A DNA stretch of 63,899 nt, counting the filler, from Squatina squatina (Eukaryota): NCBI GenBank assembly GCA_031763465.1. It is 4 parts of 3 records of this genome, joined end to end, with 100 filler letters (N's around TTAATTAATTAA, not from the genome) between each part and the next. Parts side by side here need not be neighbours in the genome. Positions count along the whole stretch, not along the records: positions 33,320 to 51,227 come from JARFOE010000168.1; 3 more parts are not named here. The stretch is one strand, 5' to 3'. The position numbers and the translations under genes were made by a program. The notes beneath the pieces were generated by a model. That model saw only the letters and a list, made by a program, of their open reading frames with translations, did not search any database and was not told the origin of the DNA. This document shows, piece after piece, positions 36,024 to 49,293 of this stretch. The stretch's first letter is position 1. The number at the start of each line of letters is the position of its first letter.

Positions 36024-36732
36024 NNNNNNNNNNNNNNNNNNNNNNNNNNNNNNNNNNNNNNNNNNNNNNNNNNNNNNNNNNNNNNNNNNNNNNNNNNNNN
36101 NNNNNNNNNNNNNNNNNNNNNNNACTTCAAACTTGGAAGAATAGAAGCAATTCATGAAATGGCATCCAGACCAGCTACAAGGAGTGTAGGGAACAAGGAT
36201 TGGCTAGATGCCAGAAATATGGCTCAGTTTTAAACCTATTTTCTGTGTCAGCCCGACGTAGCTTGTGTATCTGCACGCATGCTACAGAAGGTAGCTTGCT
36301 CTCTGCATCTTCCCAGATGGACTAATTGAGAAGAGAAACATCCTGTGATTTGAGACGGATCAATTATACTTCAGCTACTGCCTTGCTTGCATTTTTATCA
36401 GGATCGTTTGGATTTCGGCGCCTGTGTCGTTCATCTTTTTGCAGTGCTCACATATTACTAACAATGCTGCGCGAGACAAAGAGATGGCTTTGCTTCTTGC
36501 CTAAGCTTAATCTATTCGTGAAGATAGTGATGATGTGGATGAACTGTGCTAATATCTAGAGGAATTACACATCCATAAGAACTGTCACATGGTCTGGCCG
36601 TTTTAAAGCTTTAGCTGTGTGTTGGTTTCCCCNNNNNNNNNNNNNNNNNNNNNNNNNNNNNNNNNNNNNNNNNNNNNNNNNNNNNNNNNNNNNNNNNNNN
36701 NNNNNNNNNNNNNNNNNNNNNNNNNNNNNNNN

Positions 36733-37180
36733 CAGTTCCCCTTCTGCCAGCAGGCGAGAACAGCCTGTTTGCCCTCTTGTCCACCGCAGGAGAGTTTGTA
36801 GGGCAGGATCAGAAAATTTGGGGGCCCTCGACCTCCGAGACTCAGCTGCCATGATTGTGAAGAACAAAAGCAATTTGGAAAAGCAGAGCTCTGCAACCAC
36901 CAGCACTGCTCCAAATGACTGACCAAAGCAGTGCTTGGCTCTCAACAGTGAGCCCCTTTAAGGGCTGAGGTGGCCTGACACATGATTGCAGCTGCTTAGA
37001 TCGATTAGTGAATTGGGCCACTGAAACCAGTCTTGCTCAATTAGCGCCATTGATTTATAGCTAATTCTACAGTCCGCCCGAAAAAAAATTTTAAAGAGCC
37101 CAATACTTAAGGCATCTGCGCTAAACAGGCGCGAAAACAGGCCTTTTGATCACCTTAAGTTTGAAACCAATTGGGCCCCC
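36733..37180 (-). mobile_element. Harbinger element arm with start of the Myb/SANT-like gene (decayed)
   Basis: ATG at 36852: MAAESRRSRAPKFSDPALQTLL, the RAPxFS..L..L start of Harbinger Myb/SANT-like proteins; terminus GGGGGCCCAATTGG; homologous arm at 55860-56141. Confidence 0.65.
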
Positions 37181-40100
37181 TTGTTTTTAACCACAACTCC
37201 CACGTCTAATTGAGCTAGAGAGAGAGACCATAAAGGAAGGAAAGATAATGGATGCAGGAACACAATGCAGAGTATCCATTAGAACTGGCCAGATTTGTAA
37301 TATAGTATAGGTACCTTTTCCCCTCTGTGACACCACCCTATCATTACCAGTGCTTGGTACCTCACCCTGTGATTCTTCCTGAACATCACTATCTACTTCT
37401 TCAAACATCTGTGTATCTGTGCTGGTGATTTCTTCAAGTGTGGGCAGGGATAATTGGTGCTTGTTAAGTTGACTGGGATCCAACATAATGGTCTCAGCCC
37501 CTTTTCCTCTCCATAGTGCCTGAGAAATGAGCATAACTCAAGCTTATAGAGAGGAACAGCGGGGCCTCTCTCTTCCGTTATTGTATATATAAAGTAATCT
37601 GCATAACACTGCGATTTTCACTTTTAATGCATTTTTAGCTACATTCTTGTTAACATTTCTCAGTCAGTACAAATTATTTGATTATCCGATCTTCACCAAT
37701 GTGGATCTACATCCAGTTCTATATCCTGTGATATTCCCTTATGCTCTTCCTTAAGTGGTGTAACTTTTTCTCTCTCCATGTCCTTCCAGTCATTAGCAGT
37801 GTTCACCACATTGCTGAGGTACTTCCGAACTTCTATTCTTTGCATATTTGCACCAAAAATGTCCATTCCAAAACCCATGAGGTCTTCTAGCACCTCGTCA
37901 CTCAAACTAAACTCTCGACATTGAGCTACTCTCTACTACAATCGCACACTCCTTTCCAACACTAATGCTGGGTAACTTGTTTGTTGGCTAGTTGAAAAGC
38001 ATTAAAGGGTCATTATTGCAGGAGTGTCAATGACTGCCTGCTAACTTTTTATTTCAAATTTCATTCTCATAAATTGCACATTTCAAAAACATGCATTCCC
38101 ATGATTTAGTCAGTGGTTCGTCAATGTCAACAAACACAAGCATGTCACCCATTGTTAGAAAATGCAGTAAAGTTGGCCTTCAGGAGATCAGAGGGAATAT
38201 TTATCTGAGTATGTTGCACTTATAATTCTTCCCCATCGATTGGAAGTTCTATTTCATGTTTAAATGATTAAATCTCCTGTTGGCTACTTGAACACTTAGA
38301 AAAATTGCTGCTTTGAAATGCAGAAGGGAGATCCCACTCCATAAAGAGCAGTTAAACTCCATATGGAAGCCATATCATAACATCTGGCTGATTCAAATTT
38401 ATTCTCTGTTGCATTTGAAATTGAATGTAAGAATCACATCTCACCTTGGTTTTCTAACTTTACTGGGACTGGACTAACGATGAGAATCCTTTCAATTTGG
38501 GATTCCATCCACAATCCCAAACACAACTTGTTGTTAAAATAAAAATACAGCCAAGTAAAGTTATTTCAAAAACAGTTCAAATGTTGGGCCCTGGATATTG
38601 GCACATTCNNNNNNNNNNNNNNNNNNNNNNNNNNNNNNNNNNNNNNNNNNNNNNNNNNNNNNNNNNNNNNNNNNNNNNNNNNNNNNNNNNNNNNNNNNNN
38701 NNNNNNNNAGGGTTCCATGGCATTTACACAGCGCCTTTCACAATCTCAGGGTGTCCCAAAGCAGTCAAAAAATTACAACAACAAAAATCAATTGTTTGCA
38801 TTCCTTACAATGATCTGCTCTTATCAAAAGAGATTTGTTCAAAGAAACCGTAATAATCAAACATTTACTGCAAGGTTACCAAAATAAAAGAAGAGAAACA
38901 CTGGTTAGAAGCAGGGGCAGCACATTGGATATGAGTTCCCGTTTAAATCATAATCATTAACACAGAACTACTAACGTCATTCAGCCAAACACATGCGATA
39001 ACTTAACCACAAGAAAGAGGTTCTGACATTGTTCAGCTTCCTGGAAAAGCCCATTAGTGAAGCTTCCCTGAACAGAGATACTTAGAGTTTGAAATAAATC
39101 ATCGTTCAGGGTCATACTTTCTAAATTCAAAGTCTTCACCTTTTATGCATATTAAAACTGCCCAGAACAAAGCCCCCTGTATAATCAGTGCATCATGCAG
39201 AAGGTCATAAGCACTACTTATAATGGATCGTACNNNNNNNNNNNNNNNNNNNNNNNNNNNNNNNNNNNNNNNNNNNNNNNNNNNNNNNNNNNNNNNNNNN
39301 NNNNNNNNNNNNNNNNNNNNNNNNNNNNNNNNNCATTAACCATCCTCTACACATCATCCATACCTTCTAAGTCCTTTGTATTTGAATCAGGCAGTCGACG
39401 GTTCACTGCATATAACCAAAGCAGGGGTGACCGGGCTGCAAATAGGTGCACAGCAGGACTCCAGGCAAGGAGCGGGCAGTGTGTGCGACCTACACCCCTC
39501 TTACTGCTTGCCATCACACTTCAAATATTAGATAGTTTACCTGCAGAGTATCTTACTGATATATGCTGGGAGTTTACTAAACTCATACTGTGACCTGCTG
39601 GGAATTGTCGGCACAGGTGCTTCTTGGGAGTCATGGTTATTGTTTCTGGCAGTAATAGCTCTGGTAAGACAATGAACTCAAGCCTTAGGCTTCTCAAAGA
39701 CTTTTACCAATGGAAAACATTGTCAGACACAGTTTGAACACAGAAAATACTAATATGCATAAGTTTAATCTTGTAATTTTTTATGATTTATATTACAAAC
39801 CTTATTTCCATTATTCTCAACTAGTGAGCATTCAAGATGGCAGTAGAAAGGATTTTCAAAAAATATTTAATAATTTTATTAGACTGTCTTTTAAAAAAAA
39901 AATGGGTAGCTGTTTTTGACTGCTGATTTTTGATTCATAGCTTTTTTAATTTCAAGATAGATGGCTTTCATTTCTGCTTGCCACTTAACGATTGGTATGT
40001 TTGCCACCTACTTAGTTGTGATTTGTTGCTATCTTAACAAATATAAATTTGAGATAATCCGGTGCAAATGGGAACTGTGAACTAACGCCCTCCAACAACT

Positions 40101-42502
40101 CACTGGGCGATTGGCTGAAATTGATCAAACTTATCACTTCATTTTGAATCTTTAAGGGTTGGCCTCATAAAAATCTAATTTTGACCCCAAACGTCCTTGT
40201 GAATTGAAGATAGTTTGCATACAATTTACCTTTCCATGTAATAAAATCTATGATCCATCAATTAATTTGACTGCATGGTGAACAGCCTATATGTTTAATG
40301 TTTAGCTGCCTCTAGATGGAGTAAAAAAATTAAACACATTTGAAATGCAAAAAGAAACTTACATTTATTGCCATTGCTTAGATGACAAACAGGTTACATT
40401 TGTGTGTTTTCCTGTTCTGTCCCTTTTCGTGCACTGTGGAATACCTAGGTCACATGACCATTGCGCCTGTGCTACCTGAGCTCATAGTGCAAACACAAGC
40501 CTAAATCTGAAAGGAACCTTCATTTTGAAAGCAAGAGAAAGTCTCCACATATACATACACAGCAAATGACTTAGTTAAAACATAACCCCAATTTTCCAAT
40601 ATACATATAATTTACAATTTGTTTTACACTTCATTATGGTCGTGACTTCTAGCTTAACACTGTAACTTAATGACCAAAAAAGCATTAATGTAAATATCAT
40701 AGTATTGCTTAATATGAAGTAAAGAAAGTAGTTTTTTTTAAACAATCTACACAGAATGGTTTATTTACAATGATTATTTTTTATCTATCATACAAAACTC
40801 ATTGAACTCTGAGAAAATGTGTTCTGTACATTAAGTCCATATGCTGTACTAATATATCCTTTGCTGTGCAACAAATGAAGTACATTCTGTTTACTGCTTG
40901 TGCACGGTTTCTTAAACAGTGTTACTCAATGCAGTGAAGGGGCATGAATTGTCCTAGGTTCATATTTGCTGTCGCAAATTCAGCATACACCAACTCTTGC
41001 AAGGACAATGATGTCTAGGAAAGCCTGCATGAATGAACATGCCCTACATCAAGCTCTGTAACTAACTTTCTTGGTATAAGGATTCATTAATATTTTCCCT
41101 GGGAGGAAAATGCACCTTTCTTTTGACCAGTAGCAGAATAAGTTATACTCAAACATGTCCAGCTAAATCTTCTGTGAATATCATGTCTGACGGTTAGTCA
41201 AATCTAAATGGTCCAATGAAATAGTTAACACCAACAATCTAGCTACCTGATGAGACAGCTGAAATTCAAATTGCCTATCTCCTACTGTGAGGTGAACATG
41301 TGGCAGGTTATCGTGTCTTAAACCCATGTGAACAATTTTTGAACAGGAAAGCAGAAACAGTACTTTCCATCTGTACTAAACATTTATTTGCCCAGTTCAC
41401 TCCTGAAGAGCCATTACATTTTAAATCAGCTTCCTTCCATTAATCACATAGAAGATCTAAATCGAAAGAAAAAACATCAATACTAAAGTGTCGTATGTAA
41501 ATCAAGGACCAGAGTGACCAAGTAACCAGAGCTGCTCAAGAGTAACTGACTTTTTTGTTACAGAAAAGATTAAGGGGGCATCTGATTTTCTATTTCGCTT
41601 ATTAGTAAGCATTCTGCATGCCATGTATTGTTCAATCAATGGCAGTGAGTGCTTAATCTAGGCGAGCATTGCAATGCAGTAATGAAGCCACAGTTCTTCA
41701 GATGAGGCATAAACCCAGGGAGACATCAAAGCTATATTGGAAAGATGGTAGGTCCATGTGCCGGACAGATGAGATCAAGTAAGTCAAAGGGACCTTCATC
41801 TAAACTTCTAATTAAAAGAGATAGGTATTTTCAAAATAAAATCAATCCATGGACTCTGCATAATAAGTTGATCTGTGCTGGGTGTGTTACAAATAGCCTC
41901 AGCAAGCCTGAGCTACTTTTTTTTTTAAATACAGGTTGCTGTACTCAATTGATATCCAGTAACCCATTAGAACATGCATGAAGACAGGATCAAACTGCTT
42001 AGCAATGCTCTCGAGCACTCACTATAATTGAGTAATGTATGGGAAGGCTGCCGTCACCATTCGTGGAACNNNNNNNNNNNNNNNNNNNNNNNNNNNNNNN
42101 NNNNNNNNNNNNNNNNNNNNNNNNNNNNNNNNNNNNNNNNNNNNNNNNNNNNNNNNNNNNNNNNNNNNNNNNNNNNNNNNNNNNNNNNNNNNNNNNNNNN
42201 NNNNNNNNNNNNNNNNNNNNNNNNNNNNNNNNNNNNNNNNNNNNNNNNNNNNNNNNNNNNNNNNNNNNNNNNNNNNNNNNNNNNNNNNNNNNNNNNNNNN
42301 NNNNNNNNNNNNNNNNNNNNNNNNNNNNNNNNNNNNNNNNNNNNNNNNNNNNNNNNNNNNNNNNNNNNNNNNNNNNNNNNNNNNNNNNNNNNNNNNNNNN
42401 NNNNNNNNNNNNNNNNNNNNNNNNNNNNNNNNNNNNNNNNNNNNNNNNNNNNNNNNNNNNNNNNNNNNNNNNNNNNNNNNNNNNNNNNNNNNNNNNNNNN
42501 NN

Positions 42503-43005
42503 CCGGACCCTGTGCCCCCAGCATGGTATTGGCCGTACCGCCCCGGAAACGAGGCGGACCACTTCCGGGGTGGTAGGGACGCGTTGACGGGGCGACGACA
42601 GGAGCATGGCGGTGACGTCACAGGTGGCCCTACCCCCAGCATTAAAGGGGAGGGCTGCCACTCTTTATAGCGCCACCCTGATGGCCACCACTGGGCCTCA
42701 AGCCGGGCCAAGGGCTCGGCATGCTGGCTGTCATCAGTCGGTCGACACAAGAAGATGGCGGCCCGGGCATAAACAGCCCACCCCTTTAAGAGCCGAGGCA
42801 CCAACAGCAGCCCTTGCGTCCCATGGGAGAATTTCAATAAAGGGGCCGTGGCAGGGTGCAAAGGGGTCGTGCGTGACTACCCGCCTCGAAATTTCCAGGG
42901 TGAGGTGCAGAGGCTCTAGCGCGTCCGGGACCTCTCGGGGAATTTCCTGGGAGGTGAGATCCCACGCTCCATCACCCTCTGCCGAAGATAATTTTTGCGT
43001 CCCAA
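42503..43005. mobile_element. GC-rich Harbinger/MITE-like arm
   Basis: CpG-rich island next to a 433-N gap, with cccctttaag and gtgacgtca motifs like those in other Harbinger-type arms (36955, 8115); no recognisable protein. Confidence 0.45.
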
Positions 43006-44699
43006 TTTGCTTTTACTATTCATCTTATTGTAATTGCATTTGTATTTTGCCTATTTTATTCTACACTGTCCATCTACTATAACTGAGAACTAACTGCACA
43101 TTTTTGATCTTTTATATCAGCACAGAAACGAATGTAACATATCTAGACTTACGGGAGAGTAACCAATAATTATAAATTTAATTTTTTTGTCCTCGGACAG
43201 TGTGTGATTTTGGCTCAATATTGAAACATAAATGGAGTAGATCCCACAGGAGAAATTGTGCATAAGCCAATCGGTTGGGGGTTTAAGGAAAAGTTATGTT
43301 TATCTGCAGACTGCAAGGATCACTGGTAAACCAAATCAAAACATGAATTTGCCTGTTTTTAAAAAAAAATTGCACAAATTAATCCAAAAGCCTGTGTGTT
43401 TCTGGAGAGGTCAAAAATATCCCTCTGTATTTGCAAACTACCATTTTCCACATGCTGCTGTCTTAATAGTGCTGTTCATAGCTTCAGTCACAGCAACACA
43501 TGTTTCTCAGCTTACCCCATCTATTCTCTATAGTTAAGAGACCACGTATAACCCAAAAAATGCAAAATACCTGACTATTCCAGTGATCGCAGAAGTGCAC
43601 ACGTACAACACACAAGATAACGCTCTCTAACTTTCCTTCTCTTTGACTTGGTGCTGTCCTCCTCTCCCCACCAGCTTCATTATCCAACATGTTTTCAAAT
43701 ACTTAGGGGCAGAGTATATATCAATGATATGTGGTGGTCTGAAATGATAGTGTGTAAACATGCACCCACCCACTGGCTGTCTTGTACACGTCCCAAAATA
43801 TTCATGTTATCTAGTTGTCTGGGCAGGTGGGATAAATCTCCAGAAAGTACACAAATTCTAAGGTTTCCAAATGTAACCTGCACATTTATACTACGGACAA
43901 ATTCCTGAAATTGGTTTGTCGTACTGTACCACCTTGTGGTAGCAAATATTTTAGTTTTTAACCTTATAAAATTTGTTCATATCTGAGTTTATTACACTTA
44001 TATAAATCTTAAAAAACTAACGTGTCGCAGATAAATGTTCAAGTGCAATTAGTGAAATGTGAGGTCTGTTTAAAATTAATTACAATTTGTGAAAGAGGAT
44101 TTATTTGGTGCACCTATTCTTACTTAGTTGTGATGGGTGTTACTTGTGTTTATTCCATTTTCAAATCTTCGTAGTTAATGAATTTATGTGAACACTATTA
44201 TTTGGGTGGGGTAAAATGGTAAAACAAAGTTAAATTTCCAACCTGCAGTTTCATAAAAATGCTTCATCTAACCCAGATATGAATTTAAATGGATGAATAC
44301 AGTAATATAATGTACATGGTTGAAAAAAAAACAGGCCTATGCTGTACATATTTTTCTAAAACCCCTTGAACAGGGCAGATAGAACCATGGTCTTACCTAT
44401 TAAGTCCGAGTCAGTGACAGTACTTTACTGATGTATCTAGGCTTCAGTATTAAAAGACAACTCTACATAAATGTAGGTTTTTCCACTTGGACAGCTGTAA
44501 CTGCGCACTAAATGTATGCACAAGGCATCCCCCATTTCAGAATCTACAGAAACTTACAAGCAATAATCCTATTTTGTTGGGCCCCTCTGACCTGCTAGCT
44601 TCTCTGTTCAGTTGTGTTAAGACTATAGGTTTAATTTCCTTACTTTACAGGCCTGCTTCACTCTACACAAACTCAGGTGGATCAAAGGTTATGTTGCAT

Positions 44700-45088
44700 T
44701 CACTGTGAGGAGTTTACTGTTGGCTCAGTTGCTTCAGATTCCTCATTTTCTTTCATGTCCTCATTTTCTTTCATCCCAGACACAGATATGGTGGATGGCT
44801 GGGTTAAAGTGCTCACACTCCGAATTTGCTGTGCATCAGTAGGTGGCAAAAGTGTTAGTGACTCCACGCTCAATGCGTCTGTGTTGTCATCAGAAATGAG
44901 GGATATAGTTGGCTGGTGGGCCGGAGTCAGACTTGGTGCCAGATTAGTTGCTTCAGGTTCAGTACTGCTGGATAGATGACCTTTGCTAGGGCCACCCTCT
45001 GCTGTAGGAGGTGAAGAATGGGCTTCATTGACAAACTCCACTTGGTCTGGAAAAGGCAAATGGGACTGCTCTTGAACATCGGGTCCAT
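44700..45088 (-). CDS. CLEC16A: CLEC16A last coding exon (disordered C-terminal tail)
   Basis: ctag acceptor, phase 1; PDQVEFVNE..LAPSLTPAHQPTISLISDDNTDALSVESLTLLPP vs recalled human PDQLVIVNE..LSPSLVPARQPTISLLCEDTADTLSVESLTLVPP; TGA then long AT-rich UTR-like sequence. Confidence 0.92.
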
Positions 45089-47007
45089 CTAGTAGTAAAG
45101 AAAAAGTGTTTGTAGCTCCTCTTCATTCAAGCAAAATTCCAACTTAAATGTGCATAACACTCCCTTTCAAATATACATTTCTAAAGATTTGTGGCCCATT
45201 TTGAATAACTTTGGATTCCTTTTCTAGCCTGGTCATAGCCACAAAGCTTAATTTGGAAATCCCTCAACTGCTAAGTATACTCACTGNNNNNNNNNNNNNN
45301 NNNNNNNNNNNNNNNNNNNNNNNNNNNNNNNNNNNNNNNNNNNNNNNNNNNNNNNNNNNNNNNNNNNNNNNNNNNNNNNNNNNNNNATAATGAAGCTTAT
45401 ACAAAAAAAAAATCACCAAATTGAAGCTTAAACAAAATCTCCCTTCCTACAAAAAGACAAATGTTACTTTTTTTAAAGCTATTTTTATTTCTATCTTTCT
45501 GAATTTGACTTTCTTATTTTAACCATGTCAATACTAACAATATCAAAAAGGCTTGGAGATTTTACTGGGCTAGAAGCGAGTGAGATTTAAATGATCAGTA
45601 ATCTTTAACTTGGATATGCCTCAGCTCCATTGCCTTGTCAAATTTTGTTTGGTAATGCTCCGGTGAAGCACCAAGATGTTTTACTATGTTAAAGGCACGT
45701 TGTTGTTGTACTCATGCTTAATGACTCCTCTAAGTGACAATGATGTTTAGCAGACCTGAATGATTAAACAAAAAAAAAAAATCACTAAAAGCACAACAGA
45801 AAGACGGAGATGAACAAAGGTACACTGTATTTACTGACCGCTCTCATGGTTTGATTTTTCAAGGGGGAAGCCTGATGGTGAAGGTGAGTGGAAAAACACC
45901 ATGGATTACATTGGTTGGATGAAACACAAAACTTTGGGATCAAACTAATTAACTCGGGCATGGCAGATTATAGAGTGGCAAACAGACCTGGGACTCAAAA
46001 CATACAATCGGCTGATTGGAGTGTAAATGCTTTTACTACTACGTTACTGAATTACTGGTCACAGGATTATCTATTGAAATAATTAACAGCAGATCTGTGC
46101 TGCTGACTTTTATGGGCTTTTCTCCTTCAGTTTGGATTAAATAAGTTTACTCAGATTCAGAGCTACAAATATTGAAACAGACCTAAAAATGTAATAATTA
46201 TGGGCAACAAATTTCTACATTGTATTAAGTGATGTGATTACAATGAAAATATTATCGAATCCAGAGCCGCATAAGTCTTGCCATCAAATCCAGGGAGGAG
46301 TTTTCACTTGTGACGGAAGCTGTACTCAAGTTTTCTTTTTAACAAAAAAGGGTGCTCACCTATGACCTATATTATGGCTGGGTAACCACAAATCTTGTGC
46401 ATCATTTCACTATATATATGGTTTTTAAATCCTCCCCTCCCAAAAACAGAGTCACTTTCTGAAGTATTGCATTGTTGCAATTTACATTTTATCGGTTGAT
46501 ATTTTCAGGTGCAATTTTGAGGATTGTGGTCACATTGCTAATCCATATATTCTTGCATGCCATAAAAGGTTACTTGGTCTGAATTCAATTAAGTAGACTA
46601 TAGGAATATTGATGAATAAACTAAATGATGAGAGGCTGGGGGAATGTAACATAAACCTNNNNNNNNNNNNNNNNNNNNNNNNNNNNNNNNNNNNNNNNNN
46701 NNNNNNNNNNNNNNNNNNNNNNNNNNNNNNNNNNNNNNNNNNNNNNNNNNNNNNNNNNCATAATCAGTAGTCTGCTTGTTGTTCATCTCAACAGATCAGT
46801 TTAACACCTCATTTTGTGAAACTAATATAAAATCCTAGTTTTCTAAATAATTTTTGGCCCACTATACAAGTCTGGGAAATCAGTTGCAAGCAGCAAAGAT
46901 CCAAATGGCTTGTGAAGATGTGCATTAGTTTTGAATTGGTCAAGTTTAAATATAGAAATCGAAGAAGAGGAAAGGAGATATACGTCCGCCAACATTTAGC
47001 TCCATAC

Positions 47008-47159
47008 CTGAAGCAGACCTGCAAACTTCACCACCCCCCAGCCAAGTCGTTTGCTCTCGGGTTCAACCAAGCTCATTTGATAAATGTCTACAGCCAGGAA
47101 CCGATGCATCTGGTTGCCGTCTTTTGTAACTACAGTGCAAGCAATTAAGTCACTGTTGT
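47008..47159 (-). CDS. CLEC16A: CLEC16A internal exon
   Basis: ttctttcag acceptor, 152 nt, GTATGG donor; NNSDLIACTVVTKDGNQMHRFLAVDIYQMSLVEPESKRLGWGVVKFAGLLQ, nearly identical to recalled CLEC16A; this frame is not in the ORF track. Confidence 0.96.
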
Positions 47160-47489
47160 CTGAAAGAATAAAATTTAAAAAACTTAACTGATCAGTTTAT
47201 ACAGTAGTGAATAGAAATTAAATCTATTTCAAAACAAAACATTAAGATAATCAATTATAATAAACCAAGAAATATGATCATAGACTGCTATTAATATATG
47301 CAGGTACAGATACTATAATTCAAATAATGGTATTTGCTCTTCGGTTCAGTGAAAAAGAAAAAAGAAAATAAAATGCAAATTTTATAGCCTTTTAATTTAT
47401 TTTCCTGTCTATTTAGGGGTGTTCATTTCACAGGAAGAGCTCTTGCTATATTATGTTAAGTAGAATATTTTTAAGAAGGTGGAATGTTG

Positions 47490-48122
47490 GTATTCAGAGG
47501 AATTTGGGTGTCCTTGTACACGAATCACAGAAGTTATCATGCAGGTAGCAAGCAATTAGGAAGGCAAATGGCATGTTAGCCTTTANNNNNNNNNNNNNNN
47601 NNNNNNNNNNNNNNNNNNNNNNNNNNNNNNNNNNNNNNNNNNNNNNNNNNNNNNNNNNNNNNNNNNNNNNNNNNNNNNNNNNNNNCAACAAAGGATCACC
47701 AGACTGATTCCTGGGATGGCGGGAGAGGAGAGATTGAGTAGGTAGGGCCTGTACTCTCTAGAGTTTAGAAGAACGAGAAGTGGTCTCATTGAAACATATA
47801 AAATTCTCATAGGACTCGACATGGTAGATGCAGGGAGGATGCTTCCTCTGGCTGGGGAGTCTAGGACCAGGGGTCACAATCTCAGAATAAGGGGAAGGCC
47901 ATTTAGGACTGAGATGGGGAGAAATTTCTTCACTTAGAGGGTGGTGAATCTTTGGAATTCTCTGATGCAGAGGGCTGTGGAGGCTGTCATTGAGTACATT
48001 CATAACAGAGATTGATGGATTTCTAGATATTAAAGTCAGGGGATAGTGCAGGAAAATGGCTTTGGCGGAGCAGGCTCAAGGGGCCGAATTGCCTACTCCT
48101 GCTCCTAGTTTTTACGTTCTAG
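47490..48122 (+). mobile_element. CR1-type LINE ORF2 3' region and tail (spans a gap)
   Basis: QRNLGVLVH..QAIRKANGMLAF; RLIPGM..LYSLEFRRTRSGLIETYKIL..SRTRGHNLRI; tail ggggccgaattgcctactcctgctcct. Confidence 0.88.
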
Positions 48123-48945
48123 GTTTAGCACACATTTCGGTGCCTGAACAGTCCCAATACCATTACATGCATGCCACCATAGGGAGGTCAGCATTTACCC
48201 ACATGGAAGGAAGGTCATCATTGCACGCTTCCTTTCTTTGAGTGGCAGGCCATGGAGAACAAATGGACACAAAAAAAACACTTTTGGAAAAATAATTCCA
48301 AATGCATAGAAACCCATGGCAAACTCGCATCTTCTCATTTAATATATTATCCAGGTAAGCAATCTTGTTGCATTGATACAATACTGCGGCATCTAAATTG
48401 CATAGATCTCAGAGTAACCTCCTACCAGATTATAATAAAATGTAAATCTAGAACCTCTTTTTTGGACAGGACATGTGTATTAAAATTTCCTGTGACCTCA
48501 CAAAAGGTCAGACTGTTGTGGTTTGTAAGCTGCAACAAAATGAGTAAAATGAAATCAGGTTCTGTCAATCCGCTTCCACACTGAATGTATCTCCTCCATG
48601 TGACAAAAGCATTTTTCTTTTTCAGATTTTACTATGTCCCAAAATGAATAAAATCAAGTTAACTTCATCACACTGTACTTTTTCCTGTTCCATGTAAGAA
48701 GTCATTCTGGAATGGAAACTCTATGGGGTTTAATTTGAAAATTGCCCAGCGGTGCGTGGGCAACCTGGCTACGGATTTGCTGCCTTTGTACAACTGTGGA
48801 TGAACCCGGTTTCTGCATCAACATACACGTCATCAAAATGGCAGTNNNNNNNNNNNNNNNNNNNNNNNNNNNNNNNNNNNNNNNNNNNNNNNNNNNNNNN
48901 NNNNNNNNNNNNNNNNNNNNNNNNNNNNNNNNNNNNNNNNNNNNN

Positions 48946-49293
48946 GGTACGGTCTCACCAAGGCCCTACATAATTGCAGTAAGATGTCTTTACTCCTGTA
49001 CTCAAATCCTCTTGCAATAAAGGCCAACATACCATTTGGCTTCCTAATTGCTTGCTGTACCTGCATGTTAACTTTTAGTGATTCATGTACAAGGACACCA
49101 GGGCCCTCTGAACATCAACATTTCCCAATCTCTTTAAAAAATGCTCTACATTTCTATTTTTCCTACCAGAGTGGATAACTTCACATTTTTCCACATTACA
49201 TTCCATCTGCCATGTTCTTGTTCACTCAAATAGCCTGTCTATGTCCCCTTGAAGCCTCTTTGCATCCTCCTCAAAACTTACATTTCCACCTAG
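48946..49293 (-). mobile_element. CR1-type LINE ORF2 fragment
   Basis: LGGNVSFEEDAKRLQGDIDRL and MQVQQAIRKPNGMLAFIARGFEYRSKDILLQLCRALVRP. Confidence 0.9.

Noticed and set aside
39364-39514. Minus-strand ATG-initiated frame MASSKRGVGRTH..KDLE ending at a GTATGG donor-like site
   Set aside because: No recognisable homology or partner exon; compatible with chance.
41247-41280. Minimal hammerhead ribozyme (CTGATGA-GACAGCT-GAAA)
   Set aside because: Core words are present, but stem I cannot form (gctac vs gccta) and stem II is a single G-U pair.
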